Positions 1 through 11,733 of a DNA stretch of 64,000 nt are shown here, one piece after another. The DNA is taken from assembly GCF_964355755.1 (NCBI RefSeq), contig NC_092673.1, forward strand, positions 6,200,001-6,264,000, read 5' to 3'. Position numbers and translations under genes: made by a program. The stretch is from Antedon mediterranea. Lineage: Eukaryota; Animalia; Echinodermata. Under the pieces are notes generated by a model. It was given only the letters and a program-made list of their open reading frames with translations. It did no database searches and was not told where the DNA came from. Numbering within the stretch: position 1 is the stretch's first letter; each line of letters opens with the position of its first letter.

Positions 1-430
1 GCTGTGTAAAGCGCTTGGTTATGATATATCATGACGAAAGTGCATACAGCGTAAATGACGACCAAAGGAAATTGTGGACTGATGGACAAGTTGGTCATAT
101 GAGACCCAAAGGACGAGGATCAGGCATAATGATCTCAGATTTCATTGAGGAATTCGACGGGTATTTGCGGCTATCACCTGAAGAAGAGAAAAGAACGTGA
201 ATATTTCAAACTCCGGAAGCATGCCATAAAATTGAATTGAATGCTAACCCTCAATGAAAAATTCATCTCTGATGCTGGCCATGTCAGTATCCACTGCACG
301 AGAACACTGTTGGCCTTTTGACCAAAGTACAAGACATACAGCCTGATGCAAAAAAACCTAATTTTCATCCAGGTGGCCAGCAACCAAAATGCATGACATC
401 GTATACATGAGGAAAACCACAGAATATGGT
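1..430 (+). pseudogene. Degenerate DDE transposase fragment (Tc1/IS630-related family with HDES...RPKGxG...IMxSDF and PGGxQP motifs)
   Basis: ORF 15-200 reads YHDESAYSVNDDQRKLW...MRPKGRGSGIMISDFIEE. Later frames give LLAFDQSTRH (~307-337) and HPGGQQPKMHDI (~366-401). Stops and frameshifts are present, and the element runs off the window start. Confidence 0.65.
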
Positions 431-431
431 G

Positions 432-630
432 AAAGTTGTTCCCATAAAAGCAAGATAACGACGTACGAACAAAAAACTTAAGCCTGGCAAGAAATAACAG
501 CTGCTGTCAAGCAAGCTAACCCAACTGCGGACAGAGATTAGCAAAATGTAAAAAAAAAAAGGGAAAACCTTGTGTTGCAAGCAATGGGAAACATTACGTC
601 TTACAAAAAAGATATAATGCAAAAAGGTGA
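432..630 (+). pseudogene. Myb/SANT-like DNA-binding domain fragment (Harbinger ORF2/NAIF1/MSANTD type)
   Basis: The frame from ~443 reads HKSKITTYEQKT*AWQEITAAVKQANPTADRD*QNVKKKRENL, matching the K..AW.EI...VN....R...Q..KKW.NL pattern. It has in-frame stops. Confidence 0.6.
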
Positions 631-1019
631 ATTTTAGGTACAACACGTACAAAACGCTACCGACAAATTTACTGGCTCATTTATGCTGTATTACACAGGC
701 CTTATTTTCACATATATCTCTAGTCTCTATCTCTAGCTGTAAATTACTGAAAACAAACTAATACAGTAATAGTAATCAGCAAAGGCAACCTCAAACTGAG
801 GTAAATTCAATATTATATTTTAAGGAAGAGAAAACTGACATATCTCAACCATTCATGACGTAATCTACAGTATGCTTAATAAAGCGGAACATACAAGTAT
901 AATGTTCAGCTTCTAGGGCTGCGGTTACCAATACAATAGAAGAGCTGCAAAAAAGGCTGGTACTGGGAAAGCTACTACAAGTACCGCATCACAGGAATGC
1001 AGCCCTTGAGTTTAATAGT

Positions 1020-1350
1020 GAGTTGATTGAAGGTGGAATGATTTGTCCATGACACTAAATTTAGGATCTTTTGTGTCCCGGGTCAACACAATTTTCGTGA
1101 CCAACGGGTGTGTTATGCATTTAATGCCGGCCAATCATGCCAATCTCAGAACTGTGTCTACGCCCATATCTGTTCCGTTTGTAGGTATCCCCACCCGCGA
1201 ACACAGTACAATAGAAAGAGGCAAGGGGCAGCCAGTGCATCAAAATGGCTCCAGTATTAGTCAGCCTACCAACGCCATAATAATAATAAATTGAATTGAA
1301 GCACTTTTGAGCTGGATATGATCGTTTTGTTGATCTGATTAATGGATAAT
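1020..1350 (+). mobile_element. DIRS/Ngaro-like tyrosine-recombinase retrotransposon relic (gag zinc finger plus start of RT ORF)
   Basis: Frame 1081-1260 reads VCYAFNAGQSCQSQNCVYAHICSVCRYPHP (C..FN.G..C....C.Y.H.C..C...HP). It is followed by a frameshifted LPTP...LL.GYD....LING segment typical of the DIRS/Ngaro ORF2 start. Confidence 0.65.
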
Positions 1351-1359
1351 ATTTTATGA

Positions 1360-1545
1360 GGGAAGCTACAAATATGCAGTAAATTAACTATTTCACATTT
1401 TAAATATTTGAAACAGATTTTATCTGAAACTTGAACTAGTCACTAACCAGGATGCAAGGGGACATCACAGAAGGGTAAATTACCGAGCACTAGATATCTT
1501 CAACCGAGTTGTGTTCCAAAGGAACATCAGCTACTCCTGACAGAC
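1360..1545 (+). mobile_element. Possible LINE (CR1/L2 group) ORF2 C-terminal relic
   Basis: Degenerate ARGHHRR...DIF...PRNI resembles the TRGH...SFFPRTI terminus. It is weak and frameshifted. Confidence 0.25.
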
Positions 1546-1548
1546 TAT

Positions 1549-2770
1549 GGGTGCGTTCGAGCGACACTCCGTTCAATTAACCGTGTAGCGTAACCGGTGA
1601 CCACATGGCCTTACACAGCGGAAGGTACTCCCGTTCGAGGGACAAATCACAAATTTTATAACCGGGTAATACGGTACAGACGGATGCGAAGACGGCGTGC
1701 ACGCCGACAGGTTGTACTACAAGCTAGGGCTCTACTGTTTAGGCAGCGACATGCAGCCCAACCACGTGTCATGGTAAATCGATGTTCGCAGTGGTGGGAT
1801 GATGCAGCTCAGCGTGATGATGTATTTTGGAAAAAAAATTTTCAAATGAATCAGGGAGTACTTTGTGACAGACTGGCCCCCCAACCTTCAAAGAAATGCA
1901 CTGAATGGATTGTCTGTCGAGAGGCTTGTTGGGATAACGATTTGGAGGTTAGCAACTCCATGCGAATTAAGAACTACAGTATATCAAATTTATTTGGTGT
2001 TGGAAGATCTACAGTTTGTGAGGTAGTCCATGAAGTGTGTGGTGCTATTATCGATTCAATGATGGAGGATTACATTGTTTGGCCACAAGGAGATTGTCTG
2101 CGACAAGTTGTGATGGGTTTCAGCAAAAATATGGTTTTCCACAATGTGCTGGTGCTATTGACGGTACACATATACCAATAATTGCACCAAAAAACAACCC
2201 AGCAGATTACCCCAACCGCAAATTCATTAATTCTTCAAGCAGTTGTTGATAATAAAATGAGGTACGTAATAAATATGATAAAGTTTCTCTGTATGCCAAC
2301 TGTAAACTATAGATTGTTTAGAATGTTATATCAATATAGGATTATCAACACTTTGTTTTTACCAGGTTTACAGATGTGAATGTTGGCTTTCCCGGAAGGG
2401 CACATGATGCACAAGTGTTTAGAAACTCTGCATTATATGAAAAAGGAGAAAATGGAGATTTATTCCCACAGGTAAGTTGGCACTGCACTGGTATTCAAAG
2501 AAATCCTGCAAAATAGTTACACACTCCACAATATTCAAATTAATTGATATAGATTCACTTTTATTTTCAGTGGCACAGAGAAATAAATGGTGTGCAGATG
2601 CCACCAGTAATTCTCGGTGACCCTGCCTATCCATTATTGTTTTGGCTCATGAAGGGATTTTCAGAGGGTGCTAATTTCCGCCAAGAAGAGAGGGTATTTA
2701 ATTATCGGCTAAGTCGCACAAGAATGGTTGTTGAAAGAGCGTTAGGACAATTAAAGGGACGCTGGCGTAT
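1549..2770 (+). mobile_element. PIF/Harbinger transposon, 5' part with spliced HARBI1-like DDE nuclease pseudogene; truncated at 2770
   Basis: Terminus GGGTGCGTTCGA at 1549. Motifs include FWKKNF.M, ISNLFGVGRSTV, GFPQCAGAIDGTHIPI, SLILQAVVD, FTDVNVGFPGRAHDAQVF, ILGDPAYPL, FNYRLSRTRMVVERALGQLKGRWR. GT-AG introns lie at 2262-2365 and 2472-2570. Several frameshifts are present. Confidence 0.9.
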
Positions 2771-4380
2771 AGGGCGACTTCAAAATGTCACGGGTCAATG
2801 ATTTTCCGCTCAAGTTGCTTCTGGTAGACAAGCAAACTCCGAATACAGCGTGGTCAGTGTGTTTACTGTGTGTTTACGTATAGACAATGGCAGTCAGCAC
2901 CGCTAGTTCGTCGTTGCCAAACATTGTTTTATCAGCAATAACTGATAATTTATCAACAACTGAACGTCAAAGATATCTTCAGAAAATATCAGGTATTGGT
3001 AAAGACCCATATTTGATCGATAAAGATGAATTTTCGCACGAAATCGACAGTTTGCCTGACCTCACATCAATGGATATCATGGCATACTTAATCGCTACGC
3101 CAAGCCCATACACAGCTGAAAATTTTCAAGCCTACAAATCTACAGAGGCTTACAATCAATTTGCTAATGGATTTCTGTCGGATATGGGCATTTTTTGTCC
3201 TCCACACAGACCAGATTTTAAAGTTGTTAGAGGAGATGTAAGTACTATTGAATTTACTTTGTTGTAGTAGGTCTTCCGCCTCCTCCTAGTTAGTAACTAG
3301 GAGGAGGCTAGTACAGTAGGCTAGTATTTAGTATATTATTAGAAGGGATACAATTCTACTACTTATTTATTTAATAATTTTATTAAGTTCTAGCCTTTTT
3401 TGGAGAAAAGCCTATGCACTTTTTTATGTATGTAAAACCATTATTTTATGGTACAACCATGAAGTTATTTTAATTTATATCTGGACCGTGGATGGATAAG
3501 CATGGTTAATTACTGATAAGATAAGCAGGAAACCGACTAATTGAAATGAACAATTATTAATAGTACTGTATAATTAATAAAAACAATGCAATCTTTTATA
3601 TAATGTCTGTAAAGGAATATCAATAATATTATTTGTTATTAATATTATTTTATTGACTATTGTTTTTTATTTTTCAAGGTGTTGCACTCAGTCGGTTTCT
3701 AAGAAACCTTTATCACCTTGGGTTATCTGCAGTGAGGGAAAAATCCATGGAGCACATTGTGATTGTGTGGCAGGAATTTGGCATCAAAGCAGGTGTACGC
3801 ATCAGAGAAAAGAAAACGGTAACCCAAGTTAAAGCTTATTGGATGGAACCAAACAGAAAGTATGTGGTGGCAAAACGAGTGGCTTCAATTGATGTTTCAT
3901 CAGCAAAGGCAAAAAAAAGAAAACTAGATGAGTCAATTGATGAGGGCACCCCAGATCCACCAGTTTCAACTACTACAACATCAGTGGAAACATGCACAAC
4001 GGCTTTCCATGTCATGAATGACCCAGGGCTTGCATTCCTTGTCGAGCAGCTGGCACTGATTGCACCAAAATCTGTAGTCCTGAGTACTTTGCCTAATACT
4101 GTGAGGCATTTGTTCCAGTAGAGGTTGAGGAAAAGTTTCCACCTGTTATGAGCAAGCTGTATGATGCAGAGGCGCTGATGCTTTCGTATCCTGAGCTTGT
4201 TAAGAAATGTGAAAACATCCACTTGCATTTGACGAAAGAAGAAATTGTGAATGTTGAAAAACAGACCAGGGAACAAGCGAAGTCAAGTAGTTGGTTTCGT
4301 TACAGAGCGGGTAGAATTACAGCAACCAAAATGAAAGCTGTTTGCAGAACTGATGCTTGGGCACCAAGTGTAAGTCTCTA
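2771..4380 (+). mobile_element. ISL2EU-type (PHIS group) DNA transposon, 5' part encoding SWIM zinc-finger plus YqaJ exonuclease protein (pseudogene)
   Basis: Begins right after an AT dinucleotide that interrupts the Harbinger ORF. Exon 2887-3237 reads RYLQKI..IGKDPY...YLI..PSPYT....AYKS.EAYNQF..G. Intron 3238-3678 follows, then VLHS..KKPLSPWVI....HGAHCDCVAG (SWIM) and VEKQTREQAKSSSWFRYRAGRITAT (YqaJ N-terminus). Truncated at ~4380. Confidence 0.75.
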
Positions 4381-4745
4381 CGGATATAGACACTGACTAC
4401 CAAGGCTACTTCCCAAGGATGTTGACCCAACTTGGAAGAATGCCCGGAATCTCATTTAAGCTACTGGCCCTGCACACCCAGACAAATCTATGTTTTACCG
4501 GGTGGGATGAAGTGAGAGAATATCTACAAACATCGATCAACAAGGCATCAAGCCCAGACGCTTCATCTGTTGTCCTTGTACGTACGCGTGATGGAAAACT
4601 TCGCCTCTATGTTGACTATAGGGCTTTAAATTAGAAGATACATCGAGACGTATCCACTTCCACGCATTGAAGAAGCATTAGATGCACTCCAATGAGCAAA
4701 GTATTTCTGCAGTTTAGACCTGGCACATGGTTTCCACCAAATTGG
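4380..4745 (+). mobile_element. Gypsy/Ty3 reverse transcriptase fragment
   Basis: Reads SSPDASSVVLVRTRDGKLRLYVDYRALN*KIHRD(V/Y)PLPRIEEALDALQ*AKYFCSLDLAHGFHQI. It has stops and a frameshift, and no LTRs nearby. Confidence 0.9.
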
Positions 4746-5282
4746 TATACATGTGAAAAGCTGAACAAATGCATTAACAGGATAGTGATTTTACTGGAAC
4801 AGAAGTTCGAGGAGAGGATGATGCAAAGGCAGGTGGGCTGCTAAGAATGGTGAAGTCCACGACACAGTGGTTAAGTGTGAACTAGATAACTCATCTCGAA
4901 AGATGTAGGTTCTTTAAAGTGCACACAAGCAATGTGTGTACACTGGAGCTACATTTTCAGAAAAAAGTTATGGTCAGGCAAATGAATTTAGATCTAATGA
5001 AGCACACGTCTACTTAGCAAGAGCTCAACAAATGGCCCCATTTTACAGGATTTGCAGCTACCACATGTAAAAATGCAACTGAGGTAAATTTATGCCCGAC
5101 TTATTGTGCCCAATTAATGTATGAAAAGACATATCTACAGAACCGTATGCTGTACTGTATTAACTAAATTTGGTTGGACTATAAATGACTATAAATTCTC
5201 ATCCAAGACAAGTCAACTTATAACTGTTACTAAATTATATACCAACATAAAAAAAACCCTACATGACGAAGTAGAGGTTAGT

Positions 5283-5863
5283 TTATCAATAAATGATAAA
5301 CCTGTTATGAGTAAAGTAGAGAAAACCTTATCACAATGTTTGGTAAAGGTATTTTTGCCTGTAATAGATTCAGAGATAGGTTACCGATGGACCCAGTACT
5401 AGAATCTCTAAGAAGAAATGTAGCCAATAGCTTGGAGAGGTGTAGGTGTGGACTGGAAGATGTTTTAAACCATAATAAACAATTTTTGAAATGAATCAAT
5501 TAATCTGAAAGAAGGCCACTATACTATGCTGCTCCACCATGACAAAAGGAAGTATATTTTTTTCAAAAAGGAGTTTTATTTTTATTGAATATGAATAAAT
5601 GTATCAATCTGCAAGTGTTACTAATATGGACATAATTGACATAGTAATATAATGAGTTATTCATTTAATTATCTAAAACATCTTTGATAATCTATAATTA
5701 TTTATTCAATTTTGTTTAGTAACAATATTTTGAAATATAATATAGTCACTCAGATTGTATTCATTTTATATTCCTACATATTTTAATAGTGATCAAGTGA
5801 ATGAATCTATGGACATCAATTTAGATAAAATGAACCAACCAATTGAAAGAAGTCTACCAGATG
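5283..5863 (+). repeat. Left copy of a ~0.6-0.7 kb direct repeat flanking the tandem array
   Basis: Near-identical to 10879-11619 (TTATCAATAAATGATAAAC...GTAATAGATTCAGAGATAGGTTACCGATGGACCCAGTACTAGAATCTC...AGTCTACCAGATG). Confidence 0.9.
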
Positions 5864-8800
5864 ATCACCCTGATTATCACATGTCAGGAAGGAGTGGGTA
5901 AAACTTGCCTCATCAATGCCTTACTTAGAAAGAAAAAAGTACTAGTTAAAAGTACAGTGAAATTAACTATGAAACAAGTTAACTATTGCAATATGATTGG
6001 TTTCAAAACCAATTCCTTAATATTGCAGAATTAGAAGTAACTCAAGTTTCCATGTTAGATTTAGCCAAAGCATAATGTTTACAGCACTTAAAAGTGACCC
6101 AAGTTCACTATTGGTTTCAAATGATTTTCACTTCAGATTTAACCCAAGCATAATGTTTACAGCACTTCAAAGTGACCCAAATTCATTGATGATCACCCTG
6201 ATTTTCACTCTGATGATCACCCAGATGTTCACTCTGATGATAGGAAGGAGTGGGTAAAACTTGCCTCATCAATGCCTTACTTGGAAAGAAGTAAGTACTA
6301 GTTAAAAGTACAGTGAAATTAACTATGAAACATGCAAGTTAACTAAGCAATACAATTGGTTTCAATAACCAATTCCTTAATATTGCAGAATTAGAAGTAA
6401 CTCAAGTTTCCATGTTAGATTTAGCCAAAGCATAATTGTTTACAGCACTTAAAAGTGACTTAAAAGTGACCCAAGTTCACTATTGGTTTCAAATGATTTT
6501 CACTTCAGATTTAGCCCAAGCATAATGTTTACAGCACTTAAAAGTGACTTAAAAGTGACCCAAATTCATTGATGATCACCCTGATGTTCACTCTGATGAT
6601 CACCCAGATGTTCACTCTGATGATAGGAAGGAGTGGGTAAAACTTGCCTAGTCAATGCCTTACTTGGAAAGAAGTAAGTACTAGTTAAAAGTACAGTGAA
6701 ATTAACTATGAAACATGCAAGTTAACTAAGCAATATGATTGGTTTCAATAACCAATTCCTTAATATTGCAGAATTAGAAGTAACTCAAGTTTCCATGTTA
6801 GATTTAGCCAAAGCATAATGTTTACAGCACTTAAAAGTGACCCAAGTTCACTATTGGTTTCAAATAATTTTCACTTCAGATTTAGCCAAAGCATAATGTT
6901 TACAGCACTTCAAAGTGACCCAAATTCATTGATGATCACCCTGATTTTCACTCTGATGTCAGGAAGGAGTGGGTAAAACGTGCCTCATCAATGTCTTACT
7001 TGGAAAGTAGTAATACTAGTTAAAAGTACAGTGAAATTAATTATGAAACATGCAAGTTAACTAAGCAATATGATTGGTTTCAATAATCAATTCCTTAATA
7101 TTGCAGAATTAGAAGTAACTCAAGTTTCCGTGTTAGATTTAGCCAAAGCATAATGTTGACAGCACTTAAAAGTGACCCAAGTTCACTATTGGTTTCAAAT
7201 GATTTTCACTTCAGATTTAGCCCAAGCAAAATGTTTACAGCACTTAAAAGTGACCCAAATTTATTGATGATCACCCAGATGTTCACCCAGATGTTCACTC
7301 TGATGATAGGAAGGAGTGGGTAAAACGTGCCTCATCAATGTCTTACTTGGAAAGTAGTAATACTAGTTAAAAGTACAGTGAAATTAATTATGAAACATGC
7401 AAGTTAAAGCAATATGATTGGTTTTAATAACCAATTCCTTAATATTGCAGAATTAGAAGTAACTCAAGTTTCCATGTTAGATTTAGCCAAAGCATAATGT
7501 TTACAGCACTTAAAAGTGACCCAAGTTCACTATTGGTTTCAAATAATTTTCACTTCAGATTTAGCCAAAGCATAATGTTTACAGCACTTCAAAGTGACCC
7601 AAATTCATTGATGATCACCCTGATTTTCACTCTGATGTCAGGAAGGAGTGGGTAAAACGTGCCTCATCAATGTCTTACTTGGAAAGTAGTAATACTAGTT
7701 AAAAGTACAGTGAAATTAATTATGAAACATGCAAGTTAACTAAGCAATATGATTGGTTTCAATAATCAATTCCTTAATATTGCAGAATTAGAAGTAACTC
7801 AAGTTTCCGTGTTAGATTTAGCCAAAGCATAATGTTGACAGCACTTAAAAGTGACCCAAGTTCACTATTGGTTTCAAATGATTTTCACTTCAGATTTAGC
7901 CCAAGCAAAATGTTTACAGCACTTAAAAGTGACCCAAATTTATTGATGATCACCCAGATGTTCACCCAGATGTTCACTCTGATGATAGGAAGGAGTGGGT
8001 AAAACGTGCCTCATCAATGTCTTACTTGGAAAGTAGTAATACTAGTTAAAAGTACAGTGAAATTAATTATGAAACATGCAAGTTAAAGCAATATGATTGG
8101 TTTTAATAACCAATTCCTTAATATTGCAGAATTAGAAGTAACTCAAGTTTCCATGTTAGATTTAGCCAAAGCATAATTGTTTACAGCACTTAAAAGTGAC
8201 CCAAGTTCACTATTGGTTTCAAATGATTTTCACTTCAGATTTAGCCCAAGCATAATGTTTACAGCACTTAAAAGTGACCCAAATTCGTTGATGATCACCC
8301 AGATTTTCACTCTGACGATCACCCAGATGTTCACTCTGATGTCAGGAAGGAGTGGGTAAAACTTGCCTCATCAATGCCTTACTTGGAAAGAAGTAAGTAC
8401 TAGTTAAAAGTACAGTGAAATTAACTATGACACATGCAAGTTAACCAAGCAATATGATTGGTTTCAATAACCAATTCCTTAATATTGCAGAATTAGAAGT
8501 AACTCAAGTTAACATTTCCATGTTAGATTTAGCCAAAGCATAATGTTTACAGCACTTCGAAGTGACCCAAATTCATTGATGATCACCCTGATGATCACCC
8601 AGATGTTCACTCTGATGTCAGGAAGGAGTGGGTAAAACTTGCCTAATCAATGCCTTACTTGGAAAGAAGTAAGTACTAGTTAAAAGTACAGTGAAATTAA
8701 CTATGAAACATGCAAGTTAACTAAGCAATATGATTGGTTTCAATAACCAATTTCTTAATATTGCAGAATTAGAAGTAACTCAAGTTTCCATGTTAGATTT

Positions 8801-10880
8801 AGCCAAAGCATAATGTTTACAGCACTTAAAAGTGACCCAAGTTCACTATTGGTTTCAAATGATTTTCACTTCAGATTTAGCCCAAGCATAATGTTTACAG
8901 CACTTCAAAGTGACCCAAATTCATTGATGATCACCCTGATTTTCACTCTGATGATCACCCAGATGTTCACTCTGATGTCAGGAAGGAGTGGGTAAAACTT
9001 GCCTCATCAATGCCTTACTTGGAAAGAAGTAAGTACTAGTTAAAAGTACAGTGAAATTAACTATGACACATGCAAGTTAACCAAGCAATATGATTGGTTT
9101 CAATAACCAATTCCTTAATATTGCAGAATTAGAAGTAACTCAAGTTAACATTTCCATGTTAGATTTAGCCAAAGCATAATGTTTACAGCACTTCGAAGTG
9201 ACCCAAATTCATTGATGATCACCCTGATGATCACCCAGATGTTCACTCTGATGTCAGGAAGGAGTGGGTAAAACTTGCCTAATCAATGCCTTACTTGGAA
9301 AGAAGTAAGTACTAGTTAAAAGTACAGTGAAATTAACTATGAAACATGCAAGTTAACCAAGCAATATGATTGGTTTCAATAACCAATTCCTTAATATTGC
9401 AGAATTAGAAGTAACTCAAGTTTCCATGTTAGATTTAGCCAAAGCATAATGTTTACAGCACTTAAAAGTGACCCAAGTTCACTATTGGTTTCAAATGATT
9501 TTCACTTCAGATTTAGCCCAAGCATAATGTTTACAGCACTTCAAAGTGACCCAAATTCATTGATGATCACCCTGATTTTCACTCTGATGATCACCCAGAT
9601 GTTCACTCTGATGTCAGGAAGGAGTGGGTAAAACTTGCCTAATCAATGCCTTACTTGGAAAGAAGTAAGTACTAGTTAAAAGTACAGTGAAATTAACTAT
9701 GAAACATGCAAGTTAACTAAGCAATATGATTGGTTTCAATAACCAATTTCTTAATATTGCAGAATTAGAAGTAACTCAAGTTTCCATGTTAGATTTAGCC
9801 AAAGCATAATGTTTACAGCAATTAAGTGACCCAAGTTCACTATTAGTTTCAAATGATTTTCACTTCAGATTTAGCCAAAGCATAATGTTTACAGCACTTC
9901 AAAGTGACCCAAATTCATTGATGATCACCCTGATTTTCACTCTGATGATCACCCAGATGTTCACTCTGATGATCACCCAGATGTTCACTCTGATGATAGG
10001 AAGGAGTGGGTAAAACGTGCCTCATCAATGTCTTACTTGGAAAGTAGTAATACTAGTTAAAAGTACAGTGAAATTAATTATGAAACATGCAAGTTAACTA
10101 AGCAATATGATTGGTTTTAATAACCAATTCCTTAATATTGCAGAATTAGAAGTAACTCAAGTTTCCATGTTAGATTTAGCCAAAGCATAATTGTTTACAG
10201 CACTTAAAAGTGACCCAAGTTAACTATTGGTTTCAAATGATTTTCACTTCAGATTTAGCCAAAACATAATGTTTACAGCACTTCAAAGTGACCCAAATTC
10301 ATTGATGATCACCCTGATGTTCACTCTGATGATAGGAAGGAGTGGGTAAAACGTGCCTCATCAATGTCTTACTTGGAAAGTAGTAATACTAGTTAAAAGT
10401 ACAGTGAAATTAATTATGAAACATGCAAGTTAACTAAGCAATATGATTGGTTTTAATAACCAATTCCTTAATATTGCAGAATTAGAAGTAACTCAAGTTT
10501 CCATGTTAGATTTAGCCAAAGCATAATTGTTTACAGCACTTAAAAGTGACCCAAGTTCACTATTGGTTTCAAATGATTTTCACTTCAGATTTAGCCAAAG
10601 CATAATGTTTACAGCACTTAAAAGTGACCCAAGTTCACTATTGGTTTCAAATGATTTTCACTTCAGATTTAGCCAAAACATAATGTTTACAGCACTTCAA
10701 AGTGACCCAAATTCATTGATGATCACCCTGATTTTCACTCTGACGATCACCCAGATGTTCATTCTGATGTCAGGAAGGAGTGGGTAAAACTTGCCTAATC
10801 AATGCCTTACTTGGAAAGAAGTAAGTACTAGTTAAAAGTACAGTGAAATTAACTATGAAACATGCAAGTTAACTAAGCTT
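5860..10880. repeat. Modular tandem array, 15 units of 276-438 bp with internal 78-bp and 21-bp sub-repeats
   Basis: The anchor GGAAGGAGTGGGTAAAAC occurs at 5887, 6243, 6626, 6962, 7309, 7641, 7988, 8345, 8621, 8981, 9257, 9617, 9999, 10334 and 10772. Sub-modules are AGATTTAGCCAAAGCATAATGTTTACAGCACTT... (78 bp) and GATGATCACCCAGATGTTCACTCT-type (21 bp). Confidence 0.97.
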
Positions 10881-11619
10881 ATCAATAAATGATAAACTTG
10901 TAATAAGTAAGCGTAGAGAAAACCTTATCCCAACGTTTGGTAAAGGTATTTTGGCCTGTAATAGATTCAGAGATAGGTTACCGATGGACCCAGTACTAGA
11001 ATCTCTAAGAAGAAATGCAGCCAATGGCTTGGAGAGGTGTAGGTGTCCTACTGAAAGATTAAACAATCAACTATACCATACTTATCTAGAATTTTTTTAA
11101 TGTTTAAGGTGTATTTATATTCGCATTTTAATGTCTTGATTTTTAATGTAATCCACCCTTTTCAGTTTTTGCTGCTGGTGTGGAAGATGTTTTGATCCAT
11201 AATAAATAATTTTTTTTTAAATAAGTGAAATGAATCAATTAATCTGAAAGAAGGCCACTATACTATGCTGCTCCACCATGACAAAGGGAAGTAAATTTTT
11301 TCCAAAGTGAGTTTTTTTTAATGAATATGAATAAATGTATCAATCTGCAAGTGTTACTAGTATGGACATAATTGACATAGTAATATAATGAGACATTCAT
11401 TTAATTATCTAAAAAAAACATCTTTGATAATCTATAATTATTTATACAACTTTGCTTAGTAACAATTTTTTGAAATACAATATAGTCACTCAGATTGTAT
11501 TAATTTTATCATTTATCATATCATTATTGGAAAGAAGTACTAGTTAAAAGTACAGAATGAATCTATGGACATCAATTTAGATTAAATGAACCAACCAATT
11601 GAAATAAGTCTACCAGATG
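10879..11619 (+). repeat. Right copy of the direct repeat (with ~130 bp extra at ~11047-11178)
   Basis: Aligns to 5283-5863 apart from indels. Confidence 0.9.
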
Positions 11620-11707
11620 TTCACTCTGATGATCACCCAGATGTTCACTCTGATGTCAGGAAGAAGTGGGTAAAACTTGCCTCATCAATGCCTTACTTGG
11701 AAAGAAG

Positions 11708-11733
11708 CATGGAGGAAATATATTTCCTCCATG
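11708..11733. mobile_element. 26-bp perfect palindrome with 8-bp target-site duplication (minimal P/hAT-like TIR remnant)
   Basis: GAAAGAAG|CATGGAGGAAATATATTTCCTCCATG|GAAAGAAG. It is absent from the other array units. Confidence 0.7.

Noticed and set aside
1597-2801. Intact domesticated HARBI1 gene
   Set aside because: It has multiple frameshifts, a transposon-type terminus, and is truncated by another element.
4750-5100. hAT transposase fragment (GEDDAKAGGLLRMVKS)
   Set aside because: The resemblance is too short and degenerate to support, so it was not counted in the strand-bias tally.
6075-10787. Repeated 60-86 aa ORFs MFTALKSDPSS... as a gene family
   Set aside because: They are by-products of the tandem unit. 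Many units break the frame and there is no recognisable domain.
5283-11619. LTR retrotransposon with LTRs at 5283 and 10879
   Set aside because: There are no TG...CA termini, PBS/PPT, TSD or internal gag/pol, and array units continue beyond the right copy.
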